Shown: in pieces, positions 33,401-44,428 of the stretch
Numbering within the stretch: the first letter of the stretch is position 1
How the letters are laid out: the number at the start of each line of letters is the position of its first letter
Assembly: GCA_964252035.1 (NCBI GenBank)
Contig: OZ176204.1
Strand: one strand, 5' to 3'
DNA length: 64,000 nt
Source: Podarcis erhardii
Taxonomy: Eukaryota
Position numbers and translations under genes: made by a program
The notes under the pieces: model-generated
Told to the model about the DNA's origin: nothing
Database searches by the model: none
The model's input: the letters and a program-made list of their open reading frames with translations, nothing else

Positions 33401-35841
33401 GATTGACTGCTCAGCTGTTTGGGAAAGAGCCCCATTGTAGTCCTTGGGAATTACATCCGAGAAAACGCACGTAATAGCATTTAAGCTTGGGTAAGAGGTT
33501 AAATTTCATTCATCACTTAGATTAAATCAGAAAGTGCTAGTAAAACTAAGGCTAAATCGGTGCAACTTTGCAACCATCACAGTTAGTGGCAATACCGTAC
33601 TGAAAGCCATTGTGATTTAAGATTCATAATAAGTGCAGGGGTGGCAGTTCTTCATTTTGTCTAACGCAACATATTTCTGTGTATCAGCCAAAATACACTT
33701 AGGTTGATTGTAAATGAGCCATTTGACCTAGGTCATTTCTACAGCTAATCTACTTTTGAAAACAGAAATAAGGTAAAGGATAGAGTAGGTAAAGTAATCG
33801 CTGTACAAGACACTTGAAATACATAGATGCTTACATGGACAGATTTTGAACATGTTCAAAAATGACAGTACTAAAGTCATTTATGTCAAGAAATCATGTC
33901 CTTTGGGTTCATACCTACATAGGTTCTGTTACAGTTTTGGGAAACATAGCTTCTTTCACTTAGTTTGGTTTTTATAGTGAATATTAATATATCTATAAAA
34001 GATGGTTCCAGGGCAATTAAAAAAAGTAATCCCTTTTTTCCCCAATGATACATATCTTTCATGCAGTGGGATTTTTTTACAATGGAAAGATTTCCAAATG
34101 TGCCACTAGATAACTTAGGCTGCAATTGGATGCACAGTTATATGGAAGTAAGTTCCACAGAACACACTGGGACTTATGAGTAAACATGCACAGGATCATA
34201 CTGTTACTTTTCTCTAATTTAATTGCATTACTTTGATAAATAATATTTGGCTTAACTACTGTTAAGACTATGCAGAGGTCTTCAAGCAGAAAGTATTATT
34301 TTTTGTTGTCTGAAGAACTTTCTCAGCTTTAAAAACTTTCATACACTAGCATGCAAATGTTGTTCCATGAAATATTACCTTACATACTATTGTGCGGGAT
34401 CATATGGCAATATATCAGTCATCTTGTTCTGTAAATCTGGTCAAATTTCTGTGTAGTTCAGAATCCTAGAATTAAAAATGAAAAGCAGACTAATGCCGGT
34501 AGGTGCTAAAAGAGGGAAATGCTTACTAGTGTTGTTTACTAGCATCTCCATTTTGCTCCTGTTTACCATATTGAAATATGGGCTCTCTGGCTTATTGTAT
34601 CCAAATTCTAAAGTCTCTCTGCATGATTCAATCACTGTTCTGTCCCTAGGATAAAAGGAAATCTGCACAATTCTGTGCACTGCAGGTTATCTTAAAGCAC
34701 ATAGTGGAGGCTACAGGTTATAGTGGTGCTCTTCTTGACAGTATTACACTGTAGCAGCTTAGGTGGATTTTTAGGATTAGCCTGCAAGAGAACTTTTTGA
34801 GGGGAAAAACACTTGGAGTTTCATACTGGATGGTTGTGGTTGTTAAAGATAAAGCTCATCTTTCATCTTTTTCAAACAGGAAGCATAGGAAAGATGCACC
34901 CTTCTTTTCCAGAAGAGGTATAATCACTTCCAGACTACAAGATTGATGTTCTGACAGCTTAGACAGCAAGCATGACAACAACCATATGTTTGCATAGGAG
35001 TAAATTCCATTTAAAACAGTGGGATTTACACCTAAATAAACATACAAAGGATTGCACTGATGAGATCAGTAGATGTAAAACGCAAATGTACAATAGTCTG
35101 GGGGCAAAGGTATAGAATTTGGTGAACTAGAGTTATACCCTTTTCTGAAAAGGTAAGCCATGCACCAGGAAGAGAAGGAATAAACCAAACATTGTTAAGT
35201 ACAGAGTGGGATTTTCATAAAATTTTGAGTTGGATAATTGGAACTTGCAACAAAATTTTGCAGTGCAGAGTGTTCCAGCCACTCTCTTCCACCCCCCAAT
35301 TTTCCCTTCCCAGCAATTGGTCAGCATTCTATACACAGTTTATCTTCCCTGAGGTGGTGGTGGTGGCTTTGTACTTTTACAAACCTCAGGGTTTTCCTGA
35401 GGATACTAATGCCTCCCTTGGGTAGTGCCATTCTGGCTACATAAGGGCCAGCACTCATAACACTGAGAACACTGTTAGTTTATTTTTAATGTGATGTTAA
35501 TTTTAAATGTATAAATACCTGCAAACTGCTTTGAGGTGGCAAAATTACCTGAACTGAAATATTTTAGTACAGAAAAACATGCAATAAAGTGCATATAGTG
35601 TAATCATAAAAATGTCTACTGAGAAGTGAGTCCCATTGAGTGTGGGAATGTTGAGGGTGGCAGGGGAGATATATTGTTTATTAATATCCTTCCTAACTTG
35701 CGCTAGCAAGTTTCTTCACTTAGCAGAGTCTTCACTTAGCAGAGTGCATTCCCTGTCTCACACAGCAGAAAGCTGGTTTCAAACTCGTGTGAGTTTCTTA
35801 AGACAATAAGCAATTCAATCTGGCTTGTCCAGATTGAGATA

Positions 35842-36280
35842 TGTTCTAATATTCCTGGTAAGACCCCTTTTGAATCCCTCCTAAAAGAATAAAGACACCA
35901 CAGTCTTATTCGTAAGAATTTGTAAAAAGTAGTTTTACTCATGATCAGGCAGAACACAGTGTGATCCCTGAAGGCAGGCTTTAGGCTTAAAGTTACAAAC
36001 ACGTACAGACAAGTTTACCCCATATGGGAGATAACCTGGGGAACTGCTGTGGCAGCCAGCAGTCCAGTCCAGGTGATGCAGGAAGCACGAACAGGAATGT
36101 CGAAAAGGGGAAGGTAGCAGCGTGACTTGGCCTTTTATCAGGTCTGGAGAGGTCATGCCCACATACTAGTCACATGCAAGGAAGGATGCTCCAGGCCAGG
36201 AAGCTTCAACTGGCTGGACCAAACATTCCCTTGCATGTCCACTCTAGCAAAACAAGGAATGTTGTACTTGACTGCTCCCA
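35842..36280 (-). mobile_element. Solo LTR-like element in HNRNPH3 intron 1
   Basis: Minus strand TG...CA with TATA-like gataaaagg, a pyrimidine-rich R-like region and an AGTAAA signal; TSD not found. Confidence 0.5.
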
Positions 36281-37399
36281 GTGGATTACATCCCACATTG
36301 AGTTCACTGTAGCTCCGTTAAGTAGTACAATATAGGATTGCAAACTTACTGCGGTTAAGACTGCAGTCCTGTCACTGAGACATATTTTTGAGTAGACTCA
36401 TAAGCTTTACTTGAAAATTATTTTTATTGGAATACTTCTAAATATTTTAAGACATGACAATTCAGTATTATTTAGATTTTATTTAGGCCGGGGAAAACAA
36501 ATATATTGAAAACAGTTAACTTACTAATTGTAGATTGCTTGAAGAAAAACATGTGCTTCCTAGGAGTAGCAGCTGGAAAAAGTTAACCACTGTTTTGATT
36601 TTAGAATTGACTCTTTTTTATATGCATTTCAAATTGACTTGTGTTTTGAAACAATGCATTTTTCAAAGTGGAAAACTTTCAACAGAAAAATATAGTAGTG
36701 GAAACCTTTTCTATTTAAAAGGGGAAAATTCCAGTTCACCTCACTAAGTACTTAAGCGTATTAGCATTGCGAGTCCTATACAGAACAGGACAACAGAGGA
36801 TTGCGGGAAAGAAAGGGTTTGTAACCTAGGAGTACCAGTTCTTTTCTTCTGCTCCTCTGTGTTTATTTTTAGAAATATTTAAGCTATTAAACTTCTGTTG
36901 GTTTTTATAACTGATAGGCACTTTGCAGATCACTTGTTGAAAACCTGGGTAAGAAACACTGTAAGCAAATAATATATGACTCCAACGCCTAGGATTTGGA
37001 AACAGTAAAGTGCTCTCCCAACATAAAAAAATAAAATGTAATAGTGATAACTTATTTCTTTGAGCTGGTGCGAAAGAGCATGTTATTTTCAACTGTCCAA
37101 GAGTAGTGTCTCCAAGTCAGGAGTCTTCTGTTGTTTCAGAATGTTTTTCAGCACCTTTACCAAACTGGGACTGAGGTTTTATTCCTTTTGCTGCATTTAC
37201 TTCTATAATACAGTATCAGCCAATTGGCTGAAGTGAATTTGAGTACTTACACCTAAACCCACCCCCAAGGATTCCTCTGTCTGTATAATATGCCCCATTG
37301 TGAGCAATTAAAAAATCTAGGGCTCACCTTGCTCTAATGAAAGATGCGAAAAAAACTGTTAACTGGTGCTATTGCTCAAACTTGTGAAGACTGAAGGCA

Positions 37400-39400
37400 C
37401 TACCACTAGGAATACAGTCCTGAGCAAAAGCTCATTGAAGGGGTACTTGGTCATGGGTTCAAATAAAGGTCCCATAAAAATCTGTAAAGGGTATATTTAG
37501 CTGTCACATTAGAACAATCTTGTTGGAATAGTTAATAGGGATATTCTGCTCATTTTTTTCTCCATTCAAACTGAACCATGGTTTGTAATAGAATACTGAG
37601 CCCTGAAATAGATTTATGGGGAACCATGGAGTTGTATCTATCTGTTAGTGGAGATCTGGAGATCTATGTGTTCTGGCTATATGGGGCTTTTAGCTCTGTT
37701 CTCTCCTTGCTTCATTTTTTGATTGATTCAGCCTTTGGAAATCAGAAAACAGTGCAAGGAGAGACTCTAGGAAATAAGAGAAATGGAGGGCAGGATATGT
37801 ATAGCCGTCTTCTTGGCCACTGCTTCTGCTGTGTAGAGGAGCTGGTGAATAATCTGTTGATATTGTGGGTCAGTTGAGGTGTGAAGAGGTTCAGAACCGA
37901 TTGACTCGTGTGTGTCCATAATTCGTTGGATGGGTGTTTCCCAAAGAACCACTCCACTTTTATAGTGACCTTGTACTACAAGAAGAATTTTTTTAAAAGC
38001 AAGGTTCCCACTAGTTTGTGCTTTGTAGAACATATCTGTGCTGTCTTCCTGCTTCATCTGGCTATGTGAGGCTAGCCTATTTTATGCAGATCTGCTGTAG
38101 TTTCATTATCAGTTGGCCCTTGTATAGATTAAAAGTGATTTGTCCACCAGAAAAGAGAAACACCTAAATGACCAGTACAGGTCACTTCCTGACTGCTTGG
38201 TTATGGAAATTTAGCAGGAACCACTGCAGGGTTATTGCATAATTTCTGGCCAGACTTCATGTAGAATACTGTCAGGCTCATAAGTTATGCTCCGATGGGT
38301 ATGGAGAGAGGAAGACATTTAGGGTTAAGCTAAAGACCCATTTGGCTGTGGTTAGGAGACTTCCAGTATTTGTTGAATCACTTGAAGCTTCCTGATGTGC
38401 AACTGACAGCTTTGTCTCTAAGGCTATCCCTGCCCCTGCACCTCTCTTGGTCTGGATACTGGGAACAAATGGAAGGATGAGTGTAATGTTAATTTACCAC
38501 TTGGGAGGCATTTCCTGCTTGGGTTGAAAAAGAAATGCCTTTTTCTTATCCTTGGTCTCTCCTAGGAAGAATGTGTTCAAATGGGTCTCTAAACAGATTT
38601 TCACCTTCCAAGTGGCTATGTCAAACTTCAGTTTCAGATGCATAATCTCCTAATGTAGACAGAAAAGGAGACATAGTAAGTAATAGACGTGAAAAGTAAT
38701 TGCAGAGAGTCTAAGAAGGCCTCTGCAGTGAATTCCTTAATGAAGGGTTTGGTTATCATGGGATGGGGAGATATGAATGTAACTGCCAGCCCATTGATGC
38801 ATTAGAGAATGTTGTAACTGGGATGGCTGAGAAGGACACCTCATGGGACTTCCATGGGGCAATTGGTAAAGCAATTGGCGTCTGCTCTAGTAGGGCTGGT
38901 AAATTATCCCTCCCTAGGGTTGCTCCATTCCTTGCTCATTGATTGGTGAAAAAGGCTTGGGTTAGAAATGGGCATGCTTTCCTCTCTTGCTATGGGGAGC
39001 ACATGAGATTTTTAGTTTCAGGCTTTTCTTCTTGTTCCTACTGCTGAAGATTTTAAGAAGCTTTTACTAAAGGACTGAGGAGGAACATCCAATTCACATA
39101 GGTGCTCCTGCCAGTACTTGATTGCAACATTCTCTTCCTCAATGATTTACTTTGTCAGATGCTGCAGAAGCAGAGCAGAGGTTGGGGCTGGATTTGAGGT
39201 GCACAGGAGCAAAAGGCTTGCTAGCTGCAGGACTTGCCCAGTTTGGAGGGGAATAGATTGTAGAAATTGTATTGCTGCTGGAACAGCTTTGGCTTCAGTA
39301 ATAATGGCAGTTGTGATTTTGTCTGCCTTTGCACTGTCTTACCTTTGCTGAATCTTTTGCTGTGCTGCCTGTTGGGATATATCCTTAGCTAAGACCATCT
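37400..39400 (-). mobile_element. Heavily decayed LTR-retroelement internal region (gag-pol relic)
   Basis: Restorable CCHC knuckle at 39127-39166, LGRD-like protease motif near 38910, weak RNase H-like and integrase-like text toward 37400-38300. Confidence 0.45.
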
Positions 39401-40830
39401 TCCCCATGAAAGCATGAGGTTCTGAAATGGCACTTGCAGTGTGCCATTTGGCCTCCCTGTGCTTAAAAGAAGGAATTTCTTGCATGTCGTCTGAGACCTT
39501 CTGTGTGTGAGAGCGAGCAGACCCAATAATGCCCCTTTCCCTCTTTTTGAAAAGTTTTTTCCTCAGATGTGTACAATGGAGAATTCAGTTATTTGTTAGG
39601 AATTAGTCTTTTTTCAGGTAGTGGGGAGGAATGGGAGAAAACTTCTTACATTGGCTTCTGTAGGACTCCAGCCTTGCATCAGAGTCCTATCTGTTCTTAG
39701 GCAGGACTTGACTAAACTGGGGAAGATGTGCCTTCCTATAGTAGTAGAGTGAGTTTCAACCTAAATTAAATGGTTCTTCCCCATCAACTGGCAACTAATA
39801 TAAACTTAAATTATTTTATAATCATTACAGCTTCTTAGTGAGTTGAACTACATCATTTTTGGAGAATTTATATTACATTTGAGGTTTTCATAGCATGCAT
39901 CTCCCAAGTTGCATCATGAATGAGTCCCACTGTAGTAGTGTCCTTTCAGAATTTCCCCAAACATAAATGCATGTAGTTCCTAATTCCTGCCCTATTTACT
40001 AGTACTCCATTTTAAAATTAATTTTATTTATTAAAATATACCTTACCTTTTCACATTGAAAAAGTGTGCATGGCAGCTTTAAAGTCCTGTTAAAAATAAA
40101 CCTTTGACTTGCCTCTCTACTTTGCTGTCATTCTGTCTTGCTGGTCATTCTATCTTGTGTACCACCACCCCACTCCACTTTCCTAGTTTACTGAATTTTA
40201 TCATGTGCTCTTTAACCCCCATGCCATTCTTGCTTCCCATTCACTGCCTCTCTTAGTTGTCAGAACTCCTGATTCTGTGAATCTCTACAGGAATATTGCC
40301 TTGGCTCTTCTAGCTGGCATTGGAGGGAGATGTGGAAGTGGCTTGTGTGCTAACAGTGGAGAGAAGTGTGCATGTAGTAGTCCATATGCATTTTAGAAAA
40401 TAGTTCAATGGCTTAACCAGCCTGCAGCACTATGAATTAAAGAATAGCATCGATTGCAATGATTGGTTATATGTACTGATTGGGCCAGTGCATGGCTGAG
40501 CTAATGTGAGAGATGTTGGGGAGTCATTTGCACTTTTCCAAGCAGTAGAATTTGTCTTCATAGATAGTGCATCTCTTTTGAGAACCTGAGGTATTGAGAG
40601 TAGATATGTGGCAGGCTGCATGAGCAGGTCATGCTAGTTGTACTGAATGAGTTCTAGACAACGGCAGTTGTAACTTACCATAGCATTATGCTTCAATCAA
40701 TGTCTGAGCATGTTTCAAGATACTGCTAATGAATACAGTCCTGCTTAGGAAGGGGTGGGGGTGAATCATGATTCTCAAATGCTAAATTTGCTGTTTATGT
40801 TTTTTATGGTGTTTGATTTTAAACAGCAAA

Positions 40831-40945
40831 ATGGACTGGGCTGGGAAACATAATGGTCCAAATGATTCATCTAGTGATGGAACAGTACGATTGCGTGGTC
40901 TGCCATTTGGCTGCAGCAAGGAGGAGATCGTTCAGTTCTTTCAAG
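40831..40945 (+). CDS. HNRNPH3: HNRNPH3 first coding exon ([39 protein letters not shown])
   Basis: 115 nt; qRRM motif [19 protein letters not shown]; donor gtagct. Confidence 0.97.
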
Positions 40946-41406
40946 GTAGCTCTAGTGTTAATGTCAAGTGACTTTCAGTGTTTCTATGTCTGCAAGATTG
41001 ATATTTGAAATAGTTTAATTTATATTGACTATTTCAGGGGGGAGGGGGGAATCAGTTTAACATTTAGATTGCTAATTTTTGGTATTCTGTGTTAAAATAC
41101 TACTAATCAAGAGATTGCATTGGCAGTGTAGGATATAAAATTTACCCATTTAGATACCTTGCTATGAATCAGAATTTGGAGTATGTAGTTATTACATCAT
41201 GCAATATAGGAGGGCCTTTGTGATGTAGCTGTTGCTGTGTAGTCTGAACAAAGAGACAGTAATAGAATGTCTAAACCCATAAAGTTTAATGAAAGATCTT
41301 TAGCGTGTGTATTTGGGTTAGGTAGGGGAGGGGGAAGCTAAGCTATGTTCTTGCATTTGTGTAGATTTGCTTTAAGTATTTTCTACAGATGGGAATGTTT
41401 CAGACT

Positions 41407-41626
41407 NNNNNNNNNNNNNNNNNNNNNNNNNNNNNNNNNNNNNNNNNNNNNNNNNNNNNNNNNNNNNNNNNNNNNNNNNNNNNNNNNNNNNNNNNNNNNN
41501 NNNNNNNNNNNNNNNNNNNNNNNNNNNNNNNNNNNNNNNNNNNNNNNNNNNNNNNNNNNNNNNNNNNNNNNNNNNNNNNNNNNNNNNNNNNNNNNNNNNN
41601 NNNNNNNNNNNNNNNNNNNNNNNNNN
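41407..41626. other. HNRNPH3: Assembly gap (220 N), expected to hide HNRNPH3 coding exon 2 (139 nt)
   Basis: The flanking exons end in phase 1 and start in phase 2; the GLEIVPNGIT...HKERIGHR exon is absent from all called bases in 40946-42115. Confidence 0.9.
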
Positions 41627-42115
41627 GGTTGGGGGTCAGTTTTGCTTTGGGGGGGTTGGGGAGCATAAAGTAACTGGCTATTTAAAAACAACAACCTTAC
41701 AATCACCCTAAGTAACTTGGGAAGTATAGTAGATTTGGTGGGAGGGGGAAATGGTAATACTATGTAGATTGCTAAAATTAGGATATTTCATTTTTTGTGG
41801 AGGGTGTTCTATGATAGCCAGACATTTTTCAAAGAATTTATTACTGGGGCAGGGGGGGAGTGTGATTCAGAAATTTGTTGTATTTAAAATGCGGTTAGAA
41901 TTCTTAGACAGTAAAATATATAACTTAAAATGCTTGCTTTTGCATTTACATTTCCTAAAATTTAAGTGACACTTGAAAAGACAGTGTACACTTTTATTGA
42001 AAGTGTATCTAGATATAGAATTCAGAGCATTTGTGCAACTTGATACTGTATTTTTTACCAGACATCACATATGTGTATTCTTACTTTTGTACATTGAAAA
42101 TCTTTTTTTACTCAG

Positions 42116-42300
42116 ATATATTGAGATCTTCAAAAGTAGTAAGAGTGAAATCCGAGGATTCTATGACCCACCACGAAGAATGATGGGACAGCGACCTGGA
42201 CCCTATGATAGACCAATGGGAGGAAGAGGGGGTTATTATGGAGCTGGGCGTGGAAGTATGTATGACAGAATGCGTCGAGGAGGTGGTGGATATGACGGTG
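42116..42300 (+). CDS. HNRNPH3: HNRNPH3 exon ([36 protein letters not shown]...YDGG)
   Basis: 185 nt; ctcag acceptor, gtatgt donor; PY-NLS-like RPGPY motif. Confidence 0.98.
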
Positions 42301-42648
42301 GTATGTGTATCTAATGACCACAGGCTCTTGTCATTTTCACGTTCCTGACGTTTTGTCAAGAAATACAGAAATGACAGTAATTATAATACATACCAAGTCT
42401 GAAATCTGGATACCTATCAGTTTTTTTACCAGCCGTGTGACTAAAGATTGAAAAGGTATGGAGAGGCATCTGAAATGAGATTTTAAATGTGGATGAAACT
42501 TGGTTTGCATGTCTTTGAGCCTGACAACTTTATAAATAGAAACTTGCTTATATATTTGATGTCAAGAGGTACTGATTATATGCACAGTGATAACAGCTGA
42601 ATTTTAAAAAGACCGTTTCATGGTATGTCCACTTCTTAAATCTCACAG

Positions 42649-42735
42649 GATATGGTGGCTTTGATGAGTATGGTGGCTATAACAATTATGGCTATGGAAA
42701 TGATGGCTATGATGACAGAATGAGAGATGGTAGAG
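42649..42735 (+). CDS. HNRNPH3: HNRNPH3 exon ([29 protein letters not shown])
   Basis: 87 nt; AG/GT boundaries, phases consistent. Confidence 0.97.
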
Positions 42736-42940
42736 GTAAGATTTACAGGTTTTATAGTATTGTTCCTCAACCATCAGGCCGTCTCACTGGCTCCCAAAGG
42801 CAAAGAAAAAAGAACCACTTTTTTATTGTTAAGTAGGGTATTTTTTAGAGCTGAGGGGTTGTTTTGAATTCCTCAGGTTATTTTGAATTTGGAGAAATAC
42901 TGTGCACTGCTTTAAAATTGTCGGTCCCAGCATGTGAGTA

Positions 42941-43156
42941 CAGTGGTACCTCGGTTTTCAAAAGTAATCTGTTCCGGGAGTCTGTTCGAGTTCCGAAACG
43001 TTCGAAAACTGAAAGCAGAAGCCTCAGTATGGAAGCCACGTTTCCTGTTCAACTTCTGAGGCGCATTCGAAAACCGAGGCATTTACTTCTGGGTTTTCAG
43101 CATTCGAGTTCCAAAATGTTTTGACTATGGAGGCATTCAAAACTGAGGTACCACTG
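42941..43156. mobile_element. Mariner/Tc1-like MITE
   Basis: TA|CAGTGGTACCTCGGTTTTC ... AAAACTGAGGTACCACTG|TA. Confidence 0.9.
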
Positions 43157-43370
43157 TAGTTGGAAACCTACTGTTTTACATGTCAGAATGGGAAGGGGGG
43201 GTAATTATTTGGCATGGAAGGAACCAAAAAAGTCCTAGTGAAAGTTAAACCAGAGTAGGATATTTCTAGTGTATAACCTAGTACAATTTCAAGGGGGAGT
43301 AAACACATATTGGGAATGCATGTGCACAACTTTATTAAATCATACATTTACTGAATCTTTTGTGTTTTAG

Positions 43371-43486
43371 GAATGGGAGGCCACGGCTATGGTGGAGCAG
43401 GAGATGCTAGCTCAGGCTTTCATGGTGGTCACTTTGTTCACATGAGAGGACTGCCATTTCGAGCAACAGAAAACGATATTGCCAAT
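43371..43486 (+). CDS. HNRNPH3: HNRNPH3 exon ([38 protein letters not shown])
   Basis: 116 nt; start of the second qRRM (HMRGLPF). Confidence 0.98.
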
Positions 43487-44113
43487 GTAAGAATTGTAGA
43501 TGAAAATTCCTGGTTGAAACAAAGATCTTAAGAGTTTAAGAATCTGGTCTGACTCTTTAACAATCAAAGTAGTTCACTGTTGCAGCAGTAACAGACGGGC
43601 TCAATTTTAAAGTAGTTCCTGAAGATATGATGAAATTACTGTAATGCTCTAATGGCTATTTTTTCAAAATAATTTATAGCAATTGAGATGCAATCAGGGT
43701 ATGTTAATTTTTAAAAACCTTGGGTTTAATATAAATTATAGCAGCTGCAGCTGTAAATGATCTGAAATCTTCAAATGGGGAGAAAAATAACAGCTAAGCC
43801 GAATGTGGTCAGGGTGTACTAACAGATCACTTGATGACTTGCAGTAAATCAGCAAGTGTTTCTGACTGCTAACTGTTAAACAGTATCAACTGCAGTGACT
43901 ATGTAGATTAGAAAAGATGGCAAATTATTTTTTAATGATAGTAGCTCAAAACAAATGAGTAAAAACTGATGGTTTGCATCATTAGTGTAAATGCAGGCAG
44001 GAGTGTGACATCCTGGATAAAGCATGTGAAATGGTCGTTATATGCTTAAGATAACTGTTGTTTCAATATGAGAAAGTTCCTGCAAGTGGTAACTTACTAT
44101 TGCTCACTTTTAG

Positions 44114-44249
44114 TTTTTCTCACCATTGACACCTATAAGAGTTCACATTGACATTGGAGCAGATGGAAGAGCAACAGGAGAAGCAGATGTAGAATTTGTA
44201 ACACACGAAGATGCAGTGACTGCCATGTTGAAAGATAAAAATCATATGC
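44114..44249 (+). CDS. HNRNPH3: HNRNPH3 exon ([45 protein letters not shown])
   Basis: 136 nt; AG/GT boundaries. Confidence 0.98.
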
Positions 44250-44428
44250 GTAAGTTATAGCAAACATTGGAGTAGTTGAAAGCTCAGGATTGCTGCCTTT
44301 GTAGTTCATTGAATATCCAAGCTGCTTGCATATTTTAGTTTAGTTTTAATTTCCACTTAACAGCTGATTTTTCAAAAAATCCAAGAAAGGAAGCAATCTT
44401 TCATGTTACATGAAATGCTAACATAGAC

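Noticed and set aside
41345-41706. ORFs spanning the N run
   Set aside because: Artefacts of translating Ns.
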